Source of the DNA: a virus
Lineage: Duplodnaviria > Caudoviricetes
Direction: 5' to 3' (one strand)
Length of the DNA stretch: 54,605 nucleotides
IMG/VR virus record: IMGVR_UViG_3300012953_000041
Location: 1 to 54,605 of that record
Shown: positions 38,084 to 46,438 of the stretch, one piece after another
Numbering within the stretch: position 1 is the first letter of the stretch
How the letters are laid out: every line of letters begins with the position of its first letter
Notes under the pieces: generated by a model
The model's database searches: none
What the model saw: the letters and a program-made list of their open reading frames with translations, nothing else
Told to the model about the DNA's origin: nothing
Program-made: the position numbers and the translations under genes

Positions 38084-41041
38084 ATGGCAGATATTACCGC
38101 AGCGCGATTAAACAACTTACAATCTAGAATCGCACTCATATTAGGAAATGGAAGCGGAAGTAGTGGATACGGCCAAACTCTTGCATCTGCTCCAGTAGCT
38201 GCCAATTCAGTAATCTCATCATCAGACATTAATAATATATTTACAGATATGGTAAAAGCAAGAATACACCAAGTAGGTATTGCTGAAACTGGTATTAGAC
38301 AAGTTATTGAAGACCTTAATATTATTGCAGAAGACACCAGTGGAACAATAAATGATGCAGGTGTTGTAGGTACTGATATAGAAGGAACACTCAAAGGTAT
38401 AGCTGACTATGAATCGTTAATGAATTCAATAGAATCAGACAAATTATTATTACATTCTAGTCAAGCTGCACTAGAACCTAAACTAACAAGTACTAGAACA
38501 GCTACTTGGAACGGATTAATATTTCATACATTTACAGTGACATTTGATAGTGCTGATGTTCGAAGGCACTTCTTTAACGCAGGCGGCGAAATTAGAATAT
38601 CTACAAATAATACTAATCCTAGTACCTCTAAAGGACTTGATTGGGCAGCACTGTGCAGTGAAGTAGGAGTAGTTAGATTTACTAGAAGTCAGACTTTTGC
38701 TGGAAACAGCGGTCAAGGTTATTTTATTGGTGATGACTTTATGACTTCATCTTATCAAACAGTGTACTCAAAAGTAGGTGCAGGAACATACAGCGGAATA
38801 TATGCAGGAAATTTATACACAGTAAAAGCTAGAGAAACAAGTTCTTCTGTAATTGAATTTAGAATAGAATTTAATGATGTTGTTGTAGACAATAACGTAG
38901 ACAACAACGTAGACGGCGCTCTTACAAGTACAATACAACAGTATAGAGCAGTCGGACCAAATAGTATTACATCAGTTACACCTACCTATTTTACAAGTAC
39001 AGCATTATCTGGATTTAGTGTACCAGTTGACAATACTGTTCCAACATATATTTTATCTACAAGTAAAAATGCAATTGATGAAGGCGAAACTGTTACTATT
39101 ACATTAACCACAACAAATGTATCTAACGATACAACAGTACCATATACTATTACAGGTGTTACTGCTTCTGATATCGGAAATGCAAGTTTATCTGGCAATT
39201 TTGTAATGCAGAATAATGTTGCTACATTAACATACACTGCTACAGCTGATAACACAACTGAAGATGTTGAAGTAATGACAATGACACTCAACAATGGGCA
39301 ATCTGCAGTAAATATTACAATTAATGATACTAGTAGATCAGTATTATCGTATACATATAGTCCGCAATGGATAAATGAATTTGGAACTACTTTCTTAAAT
39401 AATATTCCGAACTCAACAGCATTAGATATTGGTGCTTTGATTGCAGACAATCTGTATAATAATACAGGTTCTTGGCTAAACACAAATAACGAAACGGTGT
39501 ATGCATTGAATAGAAAACCTGATGCGTCAGGTTTAGCATACTGGACTAGAGAATATTACAATAACTATTTTCAATCAGCAGGTTTAACTATTACAGGTCC
39601 TGCTGCATCAGGATTTACTAAAACATTCTTTACGTACATGGCAAGTCAAACTAATCCTATACCGTTTACAGTAAACGGAGTTGCACTTACAGGATCGACC
39701 AACACAGATGCAGCAAGAATTTTACTAGCAAGTAAGCCGGCAATTGTTGGAGATGGGTTTGGAGACTTTGGCGACAGAGGATCAGCAACTGGTATTGCAC
39801 CATCGCCTATTGCTCCTAGTGCAGACTTTGCATTTACAGTAAGTGGCAGCGCCATTAACTTTAATCAAAATGGAGTAGTTACAGAAAGCATTACAGTAAC
39901 ATGTACTGCTGGTACAGGAAGCGTTACAGTTGAAGAATTAACTAGACCAAGTCAAATAGCCGTAGCAGTAGGTACAACAAGTAAAACTAGTTACAGTATT
40001 AACTATCCAAGTGTGCAAACTGATGCTAAAGCTTCGATTACAAATGCTATGTCTAATGGACAAACCCAAGTATATACACTTACCATACACAACACACAAG
40101 ACGGTACATGGACAGGTAGCTTTGTAATTAAAGAAGCCACTGGCGTAGGCGCAATAGTTAACAGAGCATGGTCAGGTACTTTTGGTGCAACAGCATCAGT
40201 GGTAACAGGTCAACAATTATTTACAACCCCAGGTACAACTAGTTGGACAGTACCACAAGGTGTAACTAGTGTATCTGTTGTAGCAATCGGCGCAGGTGGT
40301 GCCTCAGGTTCAGGTGCTGGAGGCGGCGGAGGCGCTGGAGGCGGTCTTGGCTGGAGGAATAATATTACTGTTACTCCTGGACAAGCATACGATGTCAAGG
40401 TAGGAGCAGGCGGCGTTGGTTTAAATAATGCAGGCTCAACACCAGGCGCTTCAGGCGGCAACAGCTGGTTTATAAATCCTTCAACCTTAATGGGTGACGG
40501 CGGACAAACACACCCAACAGCAAGCAATGCTGGAGATGGCGGCCAAGGTGGCGGCTTTACTGCCCCAGGTGGCGGCGGTGGTAACGGCGGAAATGGTGGT
40601 ACTGGAGGCGCCAGTAACACAGGCGGAGGCGGCGGAGGCGCCGGCGGATATTCAGGTAATGGTGGTAACGGCCGCAGTGCAGACGCAACAATCCCCTGGG
40701 GCCCCGGCACAGGCGGAGCTGGAGGTGGTGGCGCAACTATAGTACAGGGTAACAACCAAGCTGGCGGTGGTGGCGGTGTCGGAGTATTCGGCGAAAGCAC
40801 TAGCGGTGCAGCTGGTATAGCAAGTAACAATTCTCAAGGAGGACAAGGTGGCTCCGGCGGTATTAAAGGCGGTGATGGCTCTTTCAACGGCAACTTAGAC
40901 TCAAGCGGTGGTGCATATGGCGGAGGACCAGGTGCTCAAGGAGGCAGTGGGGACGGATACAACGGCGCAAATGGTGCTGTTAGAATTATTTGGCCTGGAG
41001 ACGCAAGACAATTCCCAAGCACACGAACAGCTGACGAATAA
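38084..41041 (+). CDS. Mosaic virion protein / putative adhesin with C-terminal glycine-rich domain
   Basis: N-terminal domain shared with 41098 (F.VTF.SA..RR.FFNAGG.IR), Calx-beta/Ig-like segment, RKPDASGLAYW motif, then FTTPG..SWTVP.GVTSV.VV.IGAGG...GA.GAVRIIW polyglycine domain. Confidence 0.8.
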   Translation: MADITAARLNNLQSRIALILGNGSGSSGYGQTLASAPVAANSVISSSDINNIFTDMVKARIHQVGIAETGIRQVIEDLNIIAEDTSGTINDAGVVGTDIEGTLKGIADYESLMNSIESDKLLLHSSQAALEPKLTSTRTATWNGLIFHTFTVTFDSADVRRHFFNAGGEIRISTNNTNPSTSKGLDWAALCSEVGVVRFTRSQTFAGNSGQGYFIGDDFMTSSYQTVYSKVGAGTYSGIYAGNLYTVKARETSSSVIEFRIEFNDVVVDNNVDNNVDGALTSTIQQYRAVGPNSITSVTPTYFTSTALSGFSVPVDNTVPTYILSTSKNAIDEGETVTITLTTTNVSNDTTVPYTITGVTASDIGNASLSGNFVMQNNVATLTYTATADNTTEDVEVMTMTLNNGQSAVNITINDTSRSVLSYTYSPQWINEFGTTFLNNIPNSTALDIGALIADNLYNNTGSWLNTNNETVYALNRKPDASGLAYWTREYYNNYFQSAGLTITGPAASGFTKTFFTYMASQTNPIPFTVNGVALTGSTNTDAARILLASKPAIVGDGFGDFGDRGSATGIAPSPIAPSADFAFTVSGSAINFNQNGVVTESITVTCTAGTGSVTVEELTRPSQIAVAVGTTSKTSYSINYPSVQTDAKASITNAMSNGQTQVYTLTIHNTQDGTWTGSFVIKEATGVGAIVNRAWSGTFGATASVVTGQQLFTTPGTTSWTVPQGVTSVSVVAIGAGGASGSGAGGGGGAGGGLGWRNNITVTPGQAYDVKVGAGGVGLNNAGSTPGASGGNSWFINPSTLMGDGGQTHPTASNAGDGGQGGGFTAPGGGGGNGGNGGTGGASNTGGGGGGAGGYSGNGGNGRSADATIPWGPGTGGAGGGGATIVQGNNQAGGGGGVGVFGESTSGAAGIASNNSQGGQGGSGGIKGGDGSFNGNLDSSGGAYGGGPGAQGGSGDGYNGANGAVRIIWPGDARQFPSTRTADE

Positions 41042-41072
41042 CCTTTCCTAAACAAAGGTGCTATTATTCAAC

Positions 41073-41078
41073 TAAATA
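41073..41078 (+). promoter_or_regulatory. Late promoter TAAATA
   Basis: caacTAAATA context is identical to that at 4119. GAGG RBS downstream. Confidence 0.75.
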
Positions 41079-41097
41079 GTAATAGAGAGGTTATTTA

Positions 41098-42039
41098 ATG
41101 CCAACAGTTATATTAGCATCAAGATTTAATAATTTAAAGACTCGAGTAGATCGAGTCCTTGGACCTTGTCTTGAAACAAATAGAAACAGCGGTGATTATA
41201 CATTTGGATATGGTGAAACTCCGAGTAGCTATCTCTCGCAATCAGCAAGCAATGACCTAATTGATGCAGCGGCATATCAAGGATTATACCTTGATGTTGC
41301 TAAAGTTAAAATACATCAAGTAGGTACATCTGCATTTACACCTTTGGCTTATAAAATTGGCGATTTTGTTACAAATGCGGCAACTGCTGACAAAGTTGAA
41401 GAAGCATATATTGCAGGAATAGAATCACTAGCAACTGATATAGAAAATAATAAATTTGATTGTCATGCTACGCAGGCAGATCTATTACCATGCGACACTT
41501 CTATAACTTCTACTAACTGGAACGGAACACTTAGTCATATATTTACAGTTACATTTACTAGTGCCCAAGAAAGACGTGAATACTTTAATGCAGGCGGATT
41601 AATTAGATTTAATCCAAGCATGACATATTCAGGAAGCCAAGCAAAAACACTAGACTGGAAAAGTATGATAAACGCTATAGGAGCAGTAAACTTTGGTTGT
41701 CAGGGAACTATTGCACCTAGCGGAGTTGGACAGTCATATGGCGGCATTGGTCATGACTATATGTCCAGTGTATATCAAACAGCATACTTCAATCAGGGAG
41801 GCGGTGTATATAATCCTAACAGATATACAATATACGCAATGGAACTTAGTGATACAGTTTTACAATTTAAAGTCGAATTAACAGATCCTAGTTATGGAAA
41901 TCCAGATGAAAATGTATTAGCTTCAGTAGTAAATTTAGTTCAATTTTTTAGACCTAACGGAACAGCTATAATAAACGGAGTTAATTACACTACAGTTCAA
42001 AGATCTACACCTACATCTTCTACAATATCTGCTTTTTAA
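41098..42039 (+). CDS. Virion structural protein, paralog of the N-terminal domain of 38084-41041
   Basis: Shared A.R.NNL..R...LG, GYG, IHQVG, WNG...H.FTVTF, FNAGG.IR, K.LDW motifs. Confidence 0.75.
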   Translation: MPTVILASRFNNLKTRVDRVLGPCLETNRNSGDYTFGYGETPSSYLSQSASNDLIDAAAYQGLYLDVAKVKIHQVGTSAFTPLAYKIGDFVTNAATADKVEEAYIAGIESLATDIENNKFDCHATQADLLPCDTSITSTNWNGTLSHIFTVTFTSAQERREYFNAGGLIRFNPSMTYSGSQAKTLDWKSMINAIGAVNFGCQGTIAPSGVGQSYGGIGHDYMSSVYQTAYFNQGGGVYNPNRYTIYAMELSDTVLQFKVELTDPSYGNPDENVLASVVNLVQFFRPNGTAIINGVNYTTVQRSTPTSSTISAF

Positions 42040-42042
42040 AGG

Positions 42043-42079
42043 TTGACTACCTACTATAATAGTGCTATAATAGTAAATA
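42043..42079 (+). promoter_or_regulatory. Dual promoter: sigma70-type (TTGACT-17-TATAAT, extended -10 TG) plus late TAAATA
   Basis: TTGACT 42043-42048, TGcTATAAT ending 42071, TAAATA 42074-42079. Direct repeat CTATAATAGT at 42054 and 42065. Confidence 0.8.
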
Positions 42080-42142
42080 TGTTCAGACCTCAGCCATTTT
42101 AGTGGCCACAGCGAATATATAATATTATAGGAGGTAATTCGT

Positions 42143-42502
42143 ATGGATGAAAGATTAGAAAAAGCTTTAGAATTTTCAAACTACATGCTTACATTAAATA
42201 ACCAAAAAAGGTTATTGACGGAAAAATATCAAGAAGAACTATTATATTTCTATAATGGATGTCAGTTTACTGTTACTAAAGAATTAATTAATTTTGTAAA
42301 ATTACTTCTTGAAAGTCATCAAGATACTAATGCTGTACTAACAGATGACAATGGTATTCCTACTATTGTAGAAAATGTAGATAAATTTTATGATTCAATT
42401 ATTGATGTATATTTTGTGGCTTCAAATTCTTACCACTCAGATTACATGAAATTGAAAAAACAAAGAAGTGTGGAAAAATTAGTTGACTATGAAGAAAACT
42501 AA
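42143..42502 (+). CDS. Hypothetical helical protein, possibly a fibre assembly chaperone
   Basis: 119 aa with strong GGAGGT RBS, first gene of the coupled run. Function guessed from position after the fibre genes. Confidence 0.55.
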   Translation: MDERLEKALEFSNYMLTLNNQKRLLTEKYQEELLYFYNGCQFTVTKELINFVKLLLESHQDTNAVLTDDNGIPTIVENVDKFYDSIIDVYFVASNSYHSDYMKLKKQRSVEKLVDYEEN

Positions 42503-43346
42503 AGGTGCTTTTTTAATTGCTCGAAATAATTCTCAGGTTGACTATGTTAAGCAAGCAGTTTTTTTAGCAAAGCGTATAAGAAAATACTTAGATATACCAA
42601 CTACTGTATTGACCGATTCAGCAGAGTATATAAAATCTGACTTCGACGACAAAGTATTTGATAAGATTATTCCTTTAAAATCTAAACCACAGCAAAATCA
42701 AAGATTATATTTTGATGGCAGTATGCATCAGCGTCAAGCAACATTTAATAATAGAACTAGATCACATGCATACGATCTTAGTCCATATGATCAAACTTTA
42801 CTATTAGATACTGATTATATTATTAGTAATAGTTTACTAAAGTCTTGTTTTGATTCTCAAGACGACTTTTTAATTTATAAAGATTCAACTGATATAGCTC
42901 AAGTACGTGATGAACAAGAATTTAAGTACATAAGTGATACTAGTGTTCCTTTTTATTGGGCAACGTGTGTATTTTTTAGAAAGACTACAGTTAATAAAAT
43001 TTATTTTGATTTAGTACAGCATATTGAAAAAGAATGGGATCATTATAGGAGAGTTTATCAAATAACATCTACATTATTTAGAAATGATTTTGCATTTAGT
43101 ATTGCAATACATATAATGAACGGATTCCAAGAAGGATTATTTGCTAAACCAATGCCTGGTAAAATGATGTATACTACAGATAGAGATATCCTATGGAAAT
43201 TAGATAATGACCAGATGATGTTTTTAGTAGAAAAGAAAGATTACTTAGGTGAATATACTGCACTTAAAACTAAAGGTCAAACAATTCATGTGATGAACAA
43301 ATATAGTTTAGGAAGAATGATTGATTTAGAGGCTAACAATGACTAA
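42489..43346 (+). CDS. GT-A fold glycosyltransferase-like protein (GT8-like)
   Basis: Y..QA..LA..I, SPYDQTLLLDTD (DxD), RNDFAFSIA. ATG at 42489 preferred over the track's TTG at 42483. Confidence 0.75.
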   Translation: MKKTKGAFLIARNNSQVDYVKQAVFLAKRIRKYLDIPTTVLTDSAEYIKSDFDDKVFDKIIPLKSKPQQNQRLYFDGSMHQRQATFNNRTRSHAYDLSPYDQTLLLDTDYIISNSLLKSCFDSQDDFLIYKDSTDIAQVRDEQEFKYISDTSVPFYWATCVFFRKTTVNKIYFDLVQHIEKEWDHYRRVYQITSTLFRNDFAFSIAIHIMNGFQEGLFAKPMPGKMMYTTDRDILWKLDNDQMMFLVEKKDYLGEYTALKTKGQTIHVMNKYSLGRMIDLEANND

Positions 43347-44178
43347 AGGTATTATAGTACTAGCACAGAATCTCCAAGATGTAAGTTATGTTAAGCAAGC
43401 AGAAGTTTTAGCAATGAGCTTGAAATCTACAAATCCTAAAACTAAAATTAGTATTATAACTGATAATAAAGTTGAGTTTGAAAATCTATTCGATCAAATA
43501 ATACCTATACCATTTGGAGATTCAGCAAAAGATTCAAGTTGGAAAATTGAAAATAGATGGAAAATATATCACGCTAGTCCATATGATCAAACAATTGTAA
43601 TGGATACTGATATGTTAGTACTACAAGACATATCAGCCTGGTGGAAGTTTTTAGAAAATTATAAAATATTTTTTACTAGCAAAGTACATACTTACAGAGG
43701 AACAATAGCAGATACTAAATATTACAGAAAAACATTTCTTGCAAATAAATTACCTAATTTATTCTGCGGAGTTCATTACTTTGAGAAGTCTGAACAAGCA
43801 CAAGAATTTTATCATTGGTTAGAATTAGTTGTACAAAACTGGCAAGCTTTTTACGAAGTATTTTTAGAAGGAGTAACTAGACCTACACATGTAAGTATAG
43901 ATGTTTGTGCGTCAATCGTTGCTATGATTTTAGATTGTACAAATGATATAACTAACCCAACCGTAAGCTTTCCTAGTTTTACACATATGAAAAAGAATTG
44001 TCAAGGCTGGGTTGATGGAGCAAGTAATTGGCAAGACCGAGTTGGATTTTATATTTCAAGAGATTGTAAAGTTAAAATTGGAAATTACGATCAGTTAGGC
44101 ATATTGCATTATACTGAAAATGATTTTTTAGAAAAGTCTCCTGTAATTGAAAGGTATAGGAATTTATTAAATGTCTGA
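43339..44178 (+). CDS. GT-A fold glycosyltransferase-like protein (paralog of previous gene)
   Basis: YVKQA..LA, SPYDQTIVMDTDM (DxD), FTHMK, ILHY. Confidence 0.75.
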   Translation: MTKGIIVLAQNLQDVSYVKQAEVLAMSLKSTNPKTKISIITDNKVEFENLFDQIIPIPFGDSAKDSSWKIENRWKIYHASPYDQTIVMDTDMLVLQDISAWWKFLENYKIFFTSKVHTYRGTIADTKYYRKTFLANKLPNLFCGVHYFEKSEQAQEFYHWLELVVQNWQAFYEVFLEGVTRPTHVSIDVCASIVAMILDCTNDITNPTVSFPSFTHMKKNCQGWVDGASNWQDRVGFYISRDCKVKIGNYDQLGILHYTENDFLEKSPVIERYRNLLNV

Positions 44179-45514
44179 ATTAAATGATCTAATTAAATCA
44201 TTACAAATGGAAGTAAAGCTTTCTGAATCGACATATGTCTATTATGATAAAGAAACTGGAAGTGTACTTAGACTAAGCGGACAAGAGCAACCATTTGATG
44301 AAAATGAAGATGTACTTGCAGTCCCACATGATGTTTCTAGTCCGATACTTACAGGAGAAAAGAAAACATCAGATTATATTGTTATCTATGATATAGTATT
44401 AAAGCAAAAAGTTTTAAAAGAAAAATCGTATGAAGATGCACATAAGGAAGCATCAACAATGTGTTACCAATTGCCTATTATTAAGAATAATAGGTCAGGA
44501 CATATGGCATGTACTGAGGTATATGATGGCGTAGAAGTTTACATATGGTTTAAAGATACAGCATACAAAAAAGATCATTTAGTTTGGTATGAAGATACAG
44601 TTTATAAATTGTTAAAATCTAATCGCAAAGGACAAAATTTTAGTAAAAAGAACTCTTTGCCTTTTATCGAAGACGTACAATTAACTAATTTAGCAACACA
44701 GTCACTAGCGATAACTACATTGCAGTTTACACAAGAATACATTGGATTACATATTGATATTTGGTATAATGATTTAGAACATTTAGCAGGACAACATGTA
44801 TGGATTGGTAAATGTGTATATAGAATAATCGAAGATCAACCAAAAGGTACAGAATTTAATCCTAACAATGCAGAAATGTTAGTATCTAATGTGTTACTTT
44901 ATAAAGATAGTAACAAGAGTCTTGATACTATTACGCATATACAAGATGGTGATGTATTTTTAGAACATAATAAGATTTATAGTGCTAGTCTTGTTGAAAA
45001 AGAATATGACAAAACTTCAAATGATGTAATTTTCTACACGGATCAACATCATCTTGTAAAATGGATACATAAAAATGATACGTTATTAAGATTTGATACT
45101 ACTGACACAAAAGATTATTCTGTAACTGAGAACACTATAGAAGTAGTAGATCAAACTAAATTAAAAAATGGCAGTACTATTTTACTAGGTAAAAAATTAT
45201 ACACAGTACAGCTTGATAAAGAATATGATATTATTATTACTCAAGATAAACCATCTGAACTATGGACATTAGCTTTAAATCCAGCAACACTAAAGTTTTT
45301 ACAAATGACAAATTATGATCACGACGATGTTTTATATTTTAGTATAACTGCAAAACATGATCCAAATATTCTTTATAGAGCACTTAAAGTTTCGATGTCA
45401 GAGTTAAATAAAATACATGTTATTCCTTTTGAATTTGAAAATGAAAAAAATAAAGATGTTAGCTTGTATACAGCAAAATATTTTGATAGCTACGCACACG
45501 AGGTAATTGAATGA
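44171..45514 (+). CDS. Hypothetical protein with aromatic carbohydrate-binding-like repeats
   Basis: 447 aa. WFKDTAYKKDHLVWYEDTVYK and WYNDLEHLAGQHVWIGKCVYR resemble CBM5/12-type repeats. Confidence 0.55.
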   Translation: MSELNDLIKSLQMEVKLSESTYVYYDKETGSVLRLSGQEQPFDENEDVLAVPHDVSSPILTGEKKTSDYIVIYDIVLKQKVLKEKSYEDAHKEASTMCYQLPIIKNNRSGHMACTEVYDGVEVYIWFKDTAYKKDHLVWYEDTVYKLLKSNRKGQNFSKKNSLPFIEDVQLTNLATQSLAITTLQFTQEYIGLHIDIWYNDLEHLAGQHVWIGKCVYRIIEDQPKGTEFNPNNAEMLVSNVLLYKDSNKSLDTITHIQDGDVFLEHNKIYSASLVEKEYDKTSNDVIFYTDQHHLVKWIHKNDTLLRFDTTDTKDYSVTENTIEVVDQTKLKNGSTILLGKKLYTVQLDKEYDIIITQDKPSELWTLALNPATLKFLQMTNYDHDDVLYFSITAKHDPNILYRALKVSMSELNKIHVIPFEFENEKNKDVSLYTAKYFDSYAHEVIE

Positions 45515-46437
45515 GTAATACATTTAAAGTGACAGATTATGATATAATTTATCTAAGTTATGACGAACCAAATGCAGAAAAAAATTATGCAGATTTATGT
45601 AAAAAAGTTCCTTGGGCAAAACGTGTTCATGGAGTAGAAGGGTCAGATGCTGCACACAAAGCTTGTGCAGAATTAAGCGAAACAGATCGTTTTATTACAG
45701 TAGATGGTGATAATATAGTTGATGAAAAATTTATTAATCAAGAAATTGACTTTGACGAACACGAGGACCTACAACATAGTGTAATTAGTTGGGCAGGATA
45801 TAATGTAGTTAATGGACTTATGTACGGAAACGGTGGTCTTAAATGTTGGCCTAAAAAGTTTGTATTAGAAATGAAAACCCATGAAAATGCTGAACCGGAT
45901 AATAAGCATGCACAAGTAGATTTCTGCTGGGATATCAATTATATACAGATGAATAGTTGTTTTAGTTATGTATATAATAATCATACTCCACAACAAGCAT
46001 GGCGAGCTGGTTTTAGAGAAGGTGTTAAAATGGCACTTGATAGAGGCTTGCGTGTTACTAAAGAAGAGTTTGCACAATTACATTGGAAAAATTTACACAG
46101 ATTATATGTTTGGTTAACTGTAGGAGCAGATTCTAAAAATGGATCATGGGCTATATATGGTGCTCGAGAAGGCCTTTATAAAACTATGGCAACAGATTGG
46201 GACTTTGTAAATGTTCGTGATTTTGAATATTTAAATAACTATTGGAATGGAGTTGAACCAAAGGTGTCAATGGATGGACTAGCAGACTCTATTGAAGAGT
46301 TGGGTGGAAAATTACTAAATGAACTTGATGTCCCAATTCCTGTAATACCTTTTAGTCCTGAACAAAGTAAGTTCTTTAAAACAGTTTATCAAAATCCAGG
46401 AAGAATGCATAACCAGTTTATCGACAAAGAGCTCTAA
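45511..46437 (+). CDS. GT-A fold glycosyltransferase-like protein (GT2-like)
   Basis: IIYLSYDEP, AHKACA...ETDRFITVDGDN (DxD), YGNGG.K, AWRAGFRE. Confidence 0.7.
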   Translation: MSNTFKVTDYDIIYLSYDEPNAEKNYADLCKKVPWAKRVHGVEGSDAAHKACAELSETDRFITVDGDNIVDEKFINQEIDFDEHEDLQHSVISWAGYNVVNGLMYGNGGLKCWPKKFVLEMKTHENAEPDNKHAQVDFCWDINYIQMNSCFSYVYNNHTPQQAWRAGFREGVKMALDRGLRVTKEEFAQLHWKNLHRLYVWLTVGADSKNGSWAIYGAREGLYKTMATDWDFVNVRDFEYLNNYWNGVEPKVSMDGLADSIEELGGKLLNELDVPIPVIPFSPEQSKFFKTVYQNPGRMHNQFIDKEL

Positions 46438-46438
46438 T

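Noticed and set aside
40210-40830. 206-aa Pro-rich antisense ORF (and 40494-40742, 40652-40846)
   Set aside because: Shadow of the Gly-rich sense gene: GGN codons give CCN on the reverse strand and the GC-rich DNA lacks stops.
41041-41059. Hairpin ACCTTT-CCTAAAC-AAAGGT after the adhesin gene
   Set aside because: Weak stem and no U-tract; not supportable as an intrinsic terminator.
32621-42039. Diversity-generating retroelement or invertible fibre cassette
   Set aside because: No reverse transcriptase, recombinase or near-identical TR/VR pair seen in this window. A self-alignment would be needed to exclude it fully.
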